Shown here: in pieces, positions 10,411-22,806 of the stretch
Layout of the letters: each line of letters starts with the position of its first letter
Position numbering within the stretch: the stretch's first letter is position 1
Assembly: GCA_951406725.2 (NCBI GenBank)
Contig: OX597815.1
Location: 109,802,001 to 109,866,000, forward strand
Length of the DNA stretch: 64,000 nt
DNA from: Octopus vulgaris
Taxonomy: Eukaryota
Reading direction: 5' to 3'
Made by a program: the position numbers and the translations under genes
Notes under the pieces: generated by a model
What the model was told of the DNA's origin: nothing
Seen by the model: only the letters and a program-made list of their open reading frames with translations
Database searches by the model: none

Positions 10411-12997
10411 TTGTTTTATTGCCGCCAAACAAATCATCACACAAGACGTTGGTCGTTTTTTTACCAAACTGCCGCTCAATGAGATTAGTCCCAAGATCAG
10501 ATTGTTAGGTAGAAGCTTCTTAGCCACACAGATACGTTTGCATCTTCTTCACGTTGACAACACTGAGAAAACACGTATGAAAATTCTGAAAAGAAAATTG
10601 CCTATCATCAAATTTCGCTAATATAAAAATAAAGAACAGCTTGATGCCACCAAACCATAGAACCATAGCGAAGCTGTGCCACGTTGCAAGAGCAAAAAGA
10701 GATGGCATGAAACTCGTTGCGCACGATAAAATGCCTAGAGGCAACATTTGTAGAAACAGAAGCTATTTGAATATTTATTAGTGCTGAAGAAATAAGAAAA
10801 TGAACACCTCGTGACACACTTTCAAAATGCCAGGGGACCTCTTCTTTCAAACATAGCCAGCTGTGACAGCGAAGGGGAAGATAGATAGTAGGAAAAATGT
10901 CAATAGTATCAACTTTAGTTCGACCAGCCGTTGCAAAACCCGTCGACTTCGATCACTAAATCCCGAAAGCCGAATCTTTTCTCTTCTCGTGACGACACAT
11001 TATCTTGTAATGGAAGCCGGAAGTGAAGCAATCATTATGAGGGAAAAGTGGTGGGGACAGAAGATCCAGCAGAGAAGGCAGAAATGGCACGACTTAAATA
11101 CATGCATGTCAAAAGGACGATGACAACGACACTGACGACATGAAATCTACAAACGTTTGATATAGAAACTTCTTCCTCATAAAAAAAAACTATCACAAAT
11201 TTGATGCAACGCTTAGAGCCTTAAAGTACTGAGTAACGAAAATCAAATAAGGTTAGAATATAGGGGACATGCACCAGCGATACAGCTTTGGTAAACATAA
11301 TTCTAGATTATTAATAAGAGCTACAGTAGGCTTACCTGGGGACAGAAGGTTTTTCAAAAATATTTTTCTCTCGTTCTACAGGTAAGTTGTTAATGGCTAC
11401 TTTACATGCACCAAATCCATTTATGAATTCTGCCAGAACACCTGAAATATGGGCTGCTCTAATCTGACCTAATCGGTAGGCTCTCACCCGTGACAGAGTG
11501 AGGAAAATCTAAAGACCTCTATATGTATTAAATGTTTTTTATACATATCATTTTATATTATATTTTTATTTTATTTTTTATCGTATGCCATTATTTTTAA
11601 ATAAATTTTCAAAGTGGCTTCGGTGTACAACTTTCCTGACTCAGATAATCGATTTTATATAACTTAATCTTCTTCATCCCGACTTGTTTCTGTAAGCACT
11701 TATGATTTTCACGTTTTAATGTAAATGTATGTATAAATGAAAACTAAATGTAATTACCATCAGTTGCTAATTGTAATTTGACGGAAACGTTAGAGCACCG
11801 GACAAAATGCTACGCGGCATTTGTTCCGATTCTTACTCTTCCTACACACGCAAACATACGCACGCGCCCCAGGATGAATTAATCGGTTATAAAGTTAGCT
11901 ACATGACGCAAATGCTTAAAGTTCTGTGCATCTCACTTATAAAAGTATATATATTATAAAGTTAACTTTGATCGGGAGTAATTTTCAATTGACATTTGAG
12001 CAATTCTTTCAGTGCTGAATTCTTTCAGTGTCAGTAAATACTCGATTGTTATTCTTAAAATTGCTTTAATGGAAATACCATACATATAAACGCAAACATA
12101 CACACATGGCCTTAGACAAAGACACTGCGAAATTTAAATATGAGTGCGTAGTTTTTAACCCGTGTCAGCCCCAATTAAGCAGGCAAACTATCAAAGATAT
12201 GCTAGCCTTTATCATCCCTCACATCTACTCTACCTTATCCAATGTATGGACCTCGTCTTAAGAGGTTAGGGATTAATCTGAGGGAATTTTTCTCCTATTT
12301 CTAACAGACTGAGTGACCATATAAAGACTCGTTCATTGGCGTGTTTATTTCTTATGTTCCCGAGGGCTGGTAAGTGGTTTGATTGGCAGTGTCGAGATTA
12401 CCATTACACCCATACTTACATATATGTGTTCGGATTTATAAACACAGAAGCACAAAAAAAAAACAAAAAAAACAAGAAGCACAAAAAAAAAGACAAAAAC
12501 AAGAAACACAGAAATAGCCTACAAAAATCAAGCACATTAAGAAAAATAATCAGAAGCAGCCAAACCCGACAGAAAAATAACGAGGTGTTTGTGTCGGAAG
12601 GGGTTGTTGTAAGACCGCCTCTTTTTGGTAAGGTGAGAACGGGTTACCAATAATTCCAATAAATTCGAAAAGGCAGCCAAAATCTCAGTGTCATTTTACT
12701 CACCACCTTGCCAAGTAATTGCTCGTGGTTGGTTGATTATCTGGATTCATATTTGAATTGCACCATTTTCCAAGATAACGTATCAAAGGTGTTGTTGTTG
12801 CCATCCGCCTTCATATGTTTGTGCGCGCACAAAAATGTGTGTGTGAGAGGGAGAGAAAGAGAGAAAAAGAGGGAGAGAGAGAGAGAAAGAGAGAAAAAGG
12901 GAGAGAGAGAGAGAGAAAGAGAGAAAGAGAAAGAGAGGGAGAAGCTGGAGAAAATGGATGTGTGCGTATGTATAGGTAATTTATATATATATATAAA

Positions 12998-13053
<56 letters not shown>

Positions 13054-13579
13054 CTTTGTGTGTATACATATACTTGTGTGTGTGCGTGTGTATGTGTGCG
13101 TGCGTGTGTGTGTGCATATGTGTGTGTGTGTGTGTGTTTTTAGTAAAACAACCACTCTTCATGGTCGCCATATGATGCTGCTTTGCCTCCAACAGATATT
13201 AGTGTTTCTTATCTCTTTGTACAGATGGTAGCTGTATGTTTTGAAGAATGATAATAAAAAAAGAGAGGAAAATACCACTCCAACAGCACGTTCTCTGCTT
13301 TGGTATTTTCTAATTTCCCTTTCAGGTGCTTCTTTTATGTATTATTTTTCTATATATATTGTGTGTGTTTACGTATGTCTCTTCTATTTTTTAAATATTA
13401 TAAATCTTCCACTGAGGCGGAAGCCGGTTTCCAACAAAGATACAAGGCTCCATCTTTGAGATGAAGTTAACAGATAAATTCACATTTGGAACTTGAGAAA
13501 AGTCTTGCATATTTTTACTGTTCCACTCACAGATTACAATTGTAACGTACCAGTTAGCCAGTCAGTTTCTCTTTCTGAA

Positions 13580-14880
13580 AATTAAAAAGGAGGACTGGGC
13601 ATGCCGTGGTTGATGATGCGCAGACACGCGCTGAGACTGCGACATCTCAGGCTCTTCGTAGACGACGGTGAACAGGTGTGGTCGTTGTTTGTGAGGCACG
13701 CTTTCCCGCAGCTCGTCTCCATGACCAAACTGCAGTCGTGGATCAAAAAGAGGCCGAGGAAGGGCGAATGGCACCCCGAGTGTCGCGTTGCTCTCAAGCA
13801 ACTCTGCCGTCCCGGGGCGACCTTGAGTGACTCCATCACAACCCAAGCATTCTGTAGGGGATTAGTGGAGTGGAGGTACGACGAAGAGCTCGGGGCGAAC
13901 CTGGACGTCGACGAGGAATATCTGACCCGCCTGTCCGGGACGACTTTCGGGCTAGGGCCCATGGACAACTTCCAGAGATCCCTGGCCTGGCAGTGCTACC
14001 GAGAAGCGCTACCCGTTCGGGATAAGCTCTACAGACACGGCTCGAGAAACACGGGGCCGACCTGCCCGAGATGCGGTCAGAGTGACGAAACCGTTCTGCA
14101 CGCACTCGTGCAGTGTCCAACAATTTCCGACCTGTGGGCTTATGTCGAACAACTGCTGTCACGTGTGGGACGAGTCGGTTTATCAGCTGAGTCTATCGTC
14201 AATATTGTCACGCCTCCTTCCTTCAAACGGGAAGGAAGAGCTATTTTCCTCAACCTTGTGGCTATGGCGAAAGAATGTATCTGGTAGACGCGTCTGAAAG
14301 GATTGGAGACAAACACTTTCCTCTCTGGTCAATCTCTCATCAACTTCTTCAAGTATCACTTGAAGAGGTAAGTGAGAGTAGAGAGGCAAGTTTTGTCTAG
14401 CGAATGTTTTAAAAAAAGATGGGTGAATGTAGCAAGGATGGCACGTATGAATGACAAGCCACCTTGAGCATAATCCTATGAACCCAGAAATTGAAAACAG
14501 AGGGTTACTCACTTGCAAACAAATGTGGTAACATATAACAATATTAACCGAGGTCACCGTGGTCTTTTTCGTAGGCTTTTCTTCCCACGGATAAACCTTA
14601 TCTGCTTCTCCTTTTACACCGTACACCTTGACACTGTGATACACGATCCCTATTGATCCTTTTTTTCCTCTCCCCCTTTTTTCCTCTTTTTTCTTCTTTT
14701 TTCTTTTTTTTTTTTTTGCTTTTGTTTGTTTTCCTTTTTCTTCTTTTTTCCCTTTTACGATCCCTTTTGATCGAAAACCTACGCCACTTTTTTTTCTTTC
14801 TTTTTTTTCATCCCCTAAAAGAAAAGCTCTACCTTGTAACTTGTCCCATCTGTGTGCAGCCCTGTGTGGCTAATAAAGAA
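13580..14880 (+). mobile_element. 5'-truncated Tx1/L1-clade LINE (ORF2 C-terminus plus 3' UTR)
   Basis: GGLGMP motif and zf-RVT-type region LAWQCYREALPVRDKL...CPRCGQSDETVLHALVQCP in ORF 13601..14287; the frame continues through stops to ~14470; T-rich 3' UTR ends in AATAAA before (ATCT)n. Confidence 0.88.
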
Positions 14881-14883
14881 ACA

Positions 14884-14982
<99 letters not shown>

Positions 14983-15069
14983 ATGTATATATGTACGTAT
15001 GTATGTGTGTGTGTGTGTATGTGTTTGTGTGTGTGTGTATGTATTTATATATATATATGTATGTGCTTG

Positions 15070-15245
15070 AGTTTGTTCCTCCGCCATCGCTTGAAACCGA
15101 TGCTGGTGAGTTTATGCCCCAGTAACTTAGCAGTTCGACAAAAGAGACCGATAGAATAAGTACTGGTGTCGACGTTTTTGGCTAAGACCCTTTAAGGCAA
15201 TGCTCCAGCTTGGCTGCAATCAAATGACTGAAACAAGTAAAGGAA
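15070..15245 (+). mobile_element. SINE family A, 3' half
   Basis: CATCGCTTGAAACCGATGCTGG...CAAATGACTGAAACAAGTAAA matches 56625-56800. Confidence 0.8.
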
Positions 15246-15321
15246 TATATACGTACATATACATATATATATAAACATACATACATACATACATACATAC
15301 ATACATACATACAATTGCATA

Positions 15322-15399
<78 letters not shown>

Positions 15400-16239
15400 G
15401 TTAGTAGGTGTGACTTGAAAATATTTATGACTTCTGAAAGTAACAAGTAATAAAGATAAAGTGAGAAAAACGAGAAACAAAAATGAAGGTTTGGAGGGGC
15501 GGGGATGGTGAGATGGGTGTGGGGCAGGCTTAGTGAAAGAGCACTGATTTACTTTTACATCCGTTACTGTTTTGCAAGCTACCTGTGGATAGTAACACTT
15601 GTATACAAATAACGAAGACGATGATGATGATGATGATGACAAGGATGACGACCACCACGATGACTACATTGCTGATGATGATGATGATGATGATGACGAC
15701 GACGATGATGATGATGATGATGATGGTGATGACGATGATGATGACGTTGATGATTTTGGTAAAGGCTGTGATTGAATGGATACATTTGTACTATAGTCCC
15801 TGTTTTAACCTCAACAAGGTAGCAGAGCTTTCAGGTGATAAGTTTCACCCTACCTTGCAGAGAATATACTAAAACCTTTTGAAAGCCACTCTTCTGACTC
15901 AGTCTTGAAGAAACAATGCTATCAATAATTAAATTAGAATACAATCTCAAAATTCCATGATAATAATTTTCTAAGAAAATATACTGTATATTTTAAATCT
16001 CTATTTAATTACCAATTTGCTTTCTTTATTTAATTATCTTAGTTATTATCCCCTATTTTCTCTACTAGGTATAAGTCTAATAGCTTGGCCCATCGTTCGC
16101 TATGTAAATATGAGATGTCGTAAAGTATGCTTATAATTGTTTCTAATTTAGGGACAAAGCCAGCAATATTGACAGACAGACAGACAGATAGATAGATAGA
16201 TAAACATACGCATATACATGCATATGTGTGGGGTTGTAG

Positions 16240-16420
16240 AGTGAAGGCGTATGGCCTAAGAGTTAGATAACTGCATGCAGGATCATGGTTTCGATTCGCA
16301 GAGTAGCGGTGCGTTGTGGTCTGAACTAAAATACTTTATTTTACGTTGCTCCATTCCACTCAGCTATAGATGTATAACTCTGCGTTGGACTGGCATTCCA
16401 GTTAGCGAAAACGTTGGCTT
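16240..16420 (+). mobile_element. SINE family C, degenerate
   Basis: GAAGGCGTATGGCCTAAG...GGTTTCGATTC...TTTTACGTTGCTCCATTCCACTCAGCT...CTGCGTTGGACTGGCATTCC. Confidence 0.7.
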
Positions 16421-16514
16421 GCCCGCTCAGCCAGTGTGGTCGCATCATTCGAAAGCTACAACAATGAAGCACATTGTGGTCAGCGGTGTATAACAACATC
16501 CCATATTTCCGATC

Positions 16515-16712
16515 GAGACAGTGGTGTTCCCCAAGGATCTGTGTCGGTTTCACATTTTTGTTCATTGTCTAACCACATCTCAAATGTCCTCTAGCACAGT
16601 AAAATAAAAATTCAGAGATGACTTCATTCTTCAAAATGTTATCAATGGAAAAGAAGAGCAAACAACTCTAGTCTGGTCTGATCAACATGCTGTTAGTCAA
16701 TGGGCTAAAAAT
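16515..16712 (+). mobile_element. CR1-like reverse transcriptase fragment
   Basis: AGTGGTGTTCCCCAAGGATCTGTG (SGVPQGSV) through CAATGGGCTAAAA (QWAK), collinear with 8474-8665. Confidence 0.65.
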
Positions 16713-17149
16713 ATTTTTTTTCATTTATTTTTCACTAATATACCTTTTATTTCATTTACAAAATCAAAACTCTCGACAAAATAGTTTCTATTGTCGAGGA
16801 ACACTAGACCAAACATCAAGAAGACCTAAAATTAAAAGCGTTCCAACTGTGAGTATCCCATCTTTCATTCTTCTTTCACAGCATATTCAAGACTATATTA
16901 TACAATTTATCCTTGACTATTGTTTTTGTTTTAGTTATTTTTTCGTAGTGGATTAGTTGAAGACAATATAATGTGAATTAAGTGATATTTCGCTATACTA
17001 TTTGTTAGCAAGGCTAGCGTTCTCTAAGATGCGCTCTCATTGAGTCAATTGTTCATTGTCTTATTTGTTTTTGTTCTTTTTTTTGTATTGTTGTTTTGTG
17101 ACATCGTGTATTCTGTTGTTCCAATCGTAATAATTCCGTCGGAACAATA

Positions 17150-17355
17150 GAGGAGAGCTGGCAGTATCGTTAGCAGACCGACAAAATGCTTATCGATATT
17201 TCTTCCAGTTTTATGTTCGGGACGTCAAATCCCACCGTGGTCGACTTGGTACTGCCGTAGATGATAACATAAGTACCAGTTGAGCACCGGTCGATGTATT
17301 CGACTAGTCCTCTACCACCCAAAGCTTCAGGCCTTGTGCCTACAATAGAAATAAA
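17150..17355 (+). mobile_element. SINE family B (MetaSINE-like), degenerate
   Basis: GAGCTGGCAGTATCGTTAGCA...GTGGTCGACTT...AAGTACCAGTTGAGCAC. Confidence 0.7.
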
Positions 17356-18135
17356 GAAAAAAATAAAAACCTGTCAAATGAAATCATTTCCTAAGGGCAC
17401 CATTGTTATTAATTACTTTAGTGAATGCGCTTATGTTGACACTTCAAAACTCGCCGTCAGAAAAGAACACAACAGATTCTTAATAACCTGCAGTTTTATG
17501 TTGTAAACGCGAAAAGCAAACACGCTAAAACGACTTCATGTAGTTAGTTAAATGCTGATCTCTATATCCTCTGATGCATCATACACAAACACATCAAACA
17601 AATACGCACGAATACATAAAGATACCCATACATAATTACATACGACAACACGGAATGTCACACAGCTTCCATTTCCTCCCAACTTTACACTTCAAACATT
17701 TTTTTCTTTTTGTTTCTCTGAGCCACATGCATTCATTTTCCATGCAGTTATGTATTTATGTTTATGTATATATATATCTGCGTGAATAAATATATGTGCA
17801 CGTATATTTGTTTATGACATTTACCTGCATATGCATACGCGCATTTATGTATGTGTGCGTATGTGAATATATTAACATTCATGCACAAACACCTAAATAC
17901 ATATATGCATAGATACATACAAAATATATATTATATACACAAATATATAAGCTTATATATATATATATATATAGTATATTTGCCATCTAAATGTGGCTAA
18001 CCACTAAGGGTGGATGCTACTGTAGCTTGTAGCCCCAGGAGAACATCTGCTTCAGCTGGTTATTGACACACTTTCTGTGCACTATCAGTATTTGCAAAGG
18101 GAAGCCATCCTTCCCATCGTCAATCTGACGTGATA

Positions 18136-18180
18136 CGCACGGACCCGGGTTTCTGGATATTCACCCGTCATCAGCGCACG
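18136..18180 (-). ncRNA. Minimal type-I hammerhead ribozyme motif
   Basis: Minus strand: CGUGCG-CUGAUGA-CGGGUGAAUAUCCA-GAAA-CCCGGG-UC^-CGUGCG. Helix I is 6 bp with two G-U pairs, helix III is the palindrome ACCCGGGU, GUC site; the base of helix II is a C-A mismatch. Confidence 0.8.
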
Positions 18181-18426
18181 ACAATCACTGGTCTTCGATG
18201 CGAAGGGGTCCCTGTATTCTTGGAGAACTACGTTGTGTCAAAACAATTGTAGTGAATAATAAACAAATGTTCAAACGTACTCCCTCTCCTGACTCCAATT
18301 TCTTCAATTTTAAATTCACACACGTCGAATGCCCAATTTTAAGGTTCGAAGTATATAATAATACTACCTATACTACTAGGTTATTCTGAAGGTGAACGAG
18401 CTCTATACTGTACTCTAACACGCTCA

Positions 18427-19259
18427 GGATCTTTTTAGTTTGGTTGCCAGTATTTCAAAATTTAAAGTTTATCGAAAATTTTAAAATTTTGTACATTAAT
18501 ATACTTTTCCTAGCTGAATTGCTGGAGTTATTTTACCTTTTCCAGAAAATTGCTTCTAAAAAGTTTAAAGTTTGATCATTTTCACCCAGTCAGGAAAGAG
18601 AATTGAGGCCGTCATTTTGTGCGTGACTGCACATTTTGTCAAAATTCTGAAAATAGCACTGGTCACGAAAGAGTAAACAACACGTCCTTTGTAGTTTTAA
18701 GCATAGCGATAGCACGAACTTAAAAGATATATCTAAAAACGCTATTTAGCTGTTATTTTTAGTACACCTCACAACCGCCACAATGACAAAAAGAAACGAG
18801 TAAACAACACATCTTTCGTAGTTTTAAGCATTCAATACGCATTTATATGCGAATGCGCGAATTTAAAAGATTTATCTAAAAACAGAATAGCACATTAAAA
18901 ATTCAATATTTTTAAAAAACAAACATTTTGTTGACCAATTCATAAATTCACATGCTCTGTTATCAAGAGATAGGTCAAACAAGTGGTTTCAATATATTTG
19001 TCAACATGTGCTTTCTCGCAGACAAAAGAGTTCTCATTTCTGCTTGTCACTATCGAAACAGGCATGAATGTGTCTGTGGCTTGCGATTGGCGAAAATTAC
19101 CCAAAATTTTCAAATTTTAATTGCTAATAACTCTTTATTTATTTATTGATAGCGAAAATGCTTTTCACATCATTCATTACCCTATAAAAGTGTATCATTA
19201 TACTGAATATGAAATCAATTCGAACAGAATTCATGGTGGCTGCCAAACCGAAAAGATCC
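18427..19259. mobile_element. Larger non-autonomous DNA transposon with GGATCTTTT-type TIRs
   Basis: Left GGATCTTTTTAGTTTGGTTGCCA, right TGGCTGCCAAACCGAAAAGATCC; flanks CACGCTCA / CACGTTCC (6 of 8 match, decayed TSD); internal direct duplication GAGTAAACAACAC...GTAGTTTTAAGCAT at ~18671 and ~18798. Confidence 0.8.
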
Positions 19260-19286
19260 CACGTTCCTAACGGAATACAATATAAC

Positions 19287-19334
<48 letters not shown>

Positions 19335-19376
19335 ATACCTACATACATATACATATATAAATGCATATATACATAC

Positions 19377-19439
<63 letters not shown>

Positions 19440-19471
19440 TATATGCATGTATATATATGCATATATATATA

Positions 19472-19513
<42 letters not shown>

Positions 19514-20442
19514 TAACGTGCGAAAGTCTGACTAGCTAGGGGAGTGAATTATCGACGTCTTGCAAATAAACTCCCAGTTAAATATTGAGAGCTGTCTTTT
19601 GAACTTTGTCTTTCGCGCTCACTTCTTCAAATGTAATTGTATATGCGTGAGCGTGTATGTGTGCGTGTTTGTCTGTGTGCGTGTTTGCTTGTGTATGCGT
19701 CTGTGTGTGGTGTATGCGTCTGTGATAATATATATGTGTAATAATATAGTGTTTACCAATTCTTTTTCTCTATTCTTCATTAGCTATTTGTTTGCTCCTC
19801 CTCACTATCAACACCGCCTCCATCACCACCAACTACAACGATAACTTCGATGCCACCTCCATCACTCCACAACACATCACACAATCCAACCCAAATCTCC
19901 CCCTGCCATCATTCACCCCCTACCCACTGTATTTGTGACAATATTAATTGTATTTATCTATCAACTTTCCATGACACTTCTATAAGCACGGGTGAAAACT
20001 AATGCAATTTTGAACAGCTCTAATGTAGTTGTGGTTTAGTTGCCTGGGTGAACAGATTGACGTAATGAAGTCAAACTTCTTGACAAATTCAATAAGGTGG
20101 AGTCACAGAGCGTTGAAATAAATTCATTAGGCTTGACGGAGTTCGCACGTGCACACACGATGCATGCACGATACGCACAAGTACATTACCAATTAGACGA
20201 ACGCACCGAACCTCATAGAAGCTTTTCATACAGTTTGTGATAGTTATCTTTCTATCTTCTTTCTACATCCATTTATGAACATAACGAACCACAACTAAAG
20301 ATTCAACTAGTCCAGTACGGCAGTATACCAATTATGAATGCGCAAATAATTGCATATAGATGTATACATATATACACAGGTATAAATAAATAAATAAATA
20401 AATAAATAGATAATTAAATATTTAAACACACATATATATATA

Positions 20443-20501
<59 letters not shown>

Positions 20502-20504
<3 letters not shown>

Positions 20505-20690
20505 TTAATCCAAACGGGAAAACAGAAAAAAACAACAACACGTGGAACAATTACAGTATTATTATTATTAGGCGCTCAGGAAAATGGAAGAAGGAGGGTA
20601 TGACGTTTCGTGCGGAACTCTTCGTCGGAAACATAAGAGAAGAAAGAAGAAGAAAGAAGAAAGAAAGATCCCGATGTGGGCGAACAGAGG
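20502..20690 (-). mobile_element. Family H1, copy 2 (hammerhead-like motif at 20598-20632, helix II decayed)
   Basis: GTTAATCCAAAC...GACGTTTCGTGCGGAACTCTTCGTCGGAAAC...AAAGATCCCGATGTGGG; flanked by (TA)n. Confidence 0.78.
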
Positions 20691-20727
20691 TGTGTGTATA
20701 AAATATATATATGCGACTCTATATATA

Positions 20728-20814
<87 letters not shown>

Positions 20815-20836
20815 ATATATATATATAATATATATA

Positions 20837-20867
<31 letters not shown>

Positions 20868-20908
20868 GTATGTATATATATATATCTATTTATCTATCTA
20901 TCTATCTA

Positions 20909-20954
<46 letters not shown>

Positions 20955-21207
20955 AGGCTCTGATTGTGTCCATCAGCCGGCCAGAAATAACTATCAAACC
21001 TATCTTTAAAAGAGTTGGGGGCATCGAATATTTTGTTCTATGTGCATTGTGACTGGAATAAGGGCACGATATTTACATCTGGATATCTTTTGATCATAGG
21101 TTTTCGTGATCATTGAGTTGGCTTGAAGTTAAATATCATTGCGATATTCAAGCATAAATTACTTAATTATTTATACAACGGCACTTCTTTAAATATCTGT
21201 CTGTCCA

Positions 21208-21291
<84 letters not shown>

Positions 21292-21659
21292 GCTAGCTAG
21301 CTAGCTAGCTAGCTAGCTATCTATCTACCTACCTACCTATCTAGCTAGCTAGCTATCAGTGTGAGTATGTATGTATGTGTCTATCTATCAATCTATCTTT
21401 TATATATTATCATGAGATAGCTAGTAATAACAATACTCAAAATATAATACAGACTGGAGCTGTAGTGCCCCAAAGGAGCTATATTCCACTTCTTGATTTT
21501 AGCGGAGGCAATACGAGAAGGACCTAAAGGAACTGTTATAGAAAGACCGGAAAGTATTCTGGTTGAAAGAATCGCTTTATTTTCGATGTTGTCTTTCATT
21601 AATGTTTATATTTTGTTAAAATCAATTTATATAAGTGCACGATATATGTTCTTATAAAG

Positions 21660-22070
21660 ACGGCGAGCTGGCAGAAATGTTAGCACACCGGCTGAAATTC
21701 TCAGCAGTATTTCGTCTGTCGCTACGTTCTGAGTTCAAATCCCGCCGAGGTCGACTTTGCCTTTCATCTTTTTTCGGGGTCGATAAATTAAGAACTAGTT
21801 ACGCACTGGGGTCGATGTAATCGACTTAATTCCTTTGTCTGTCTTTGTTTAGCCCCTTGTGGGCAATAAAGTAATAAGAAACGTTAGCACGGTGGGCCAA
21901 ATACTTAGCGATATTTCGTCAGTCTTTACGTTCTGAGTTCAAATTCCGCCGAGGTCGACTTTGCTTTTCATCCTTTCGGAGTCGATAAATTAAGTACCAG
22001 TTGCGTACTGGGATCGATCTAATAGACTGTCCCCTCCCCAAAATTTCGGGCCTGGTGCATTGAGTAGAAA
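21660..22070 (+). mobile_element. Two tandem SINE family B (MetaSINE-like) copies
   Basis: tRNA-like head GGCGAGCTGGCAGAAATGTTAGCAC, B-box-like GAGTTCAAATCCC, conserved core GCCGAGGTCGACTTTGCCTTTCATC...GGGGTCGATAAATTAAG at ~21744 and ~21948. Confidence 0.85.
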
Positions 22071-22737
22071 ACGATACATGAGTTTATAGTGTGGTCATTT
22101 TTTAATACTTTTATTGTAATACAGGTAAGAAACTTTAGTAAAGTATACTTGAATCGATGTGATTTCGCACGGTATAATACCTACTATCTGGATAATAAGA
22201 ATTAATTTAATAAAGAGACACTATGATTACTCACTGTTCTTACTCACATCAATAAAATTATTAGTAAATTTAGCGTATTAGGTTTCTACATAGAATTAAT
22301 GCATATATGTGTATTTAGCTCCAAAAAGAGATTTATTATTTGCTTTAATTGTACGTGTAAATTTTAATATTGCATGTTTAGATTTAACAATTCTGGAGTG
22401 TATTTAACGAATATGATATATCATCTTCATGTATAAAGTGTGTTGTTAATTTTGAAAGAGTGTTGTTATTTAAGACGTTGTGCTCATATATCTTTTCAAT
22501 GAAAAGTTGTTAATAAATCATTGCAAGCAAATGTAATGCATGTGTTGAAGTGGCCAAACCAATATTTTCTTCATAATTGCGTTTAAGATCTATCATTAGA
22601 GCCAGTAAATATTACTGTGATAGAGGAAGAAATGTATATAAATTTATACGTTTATTCATACACACATACACACGTACGTATGTATGTATGTATCTATATA
22701 ATATACGTATGTATCTATATAATATATAGATAGATAA

Positions 22738-22806
<69 letters not shown>

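Noticed and set aside
10520-10860. Minus ORFs containing LRYGSMVW as a LINE RT C-terminus
   Set aside because: A single weak motif; the surrounding frames could not be aligned by eye.
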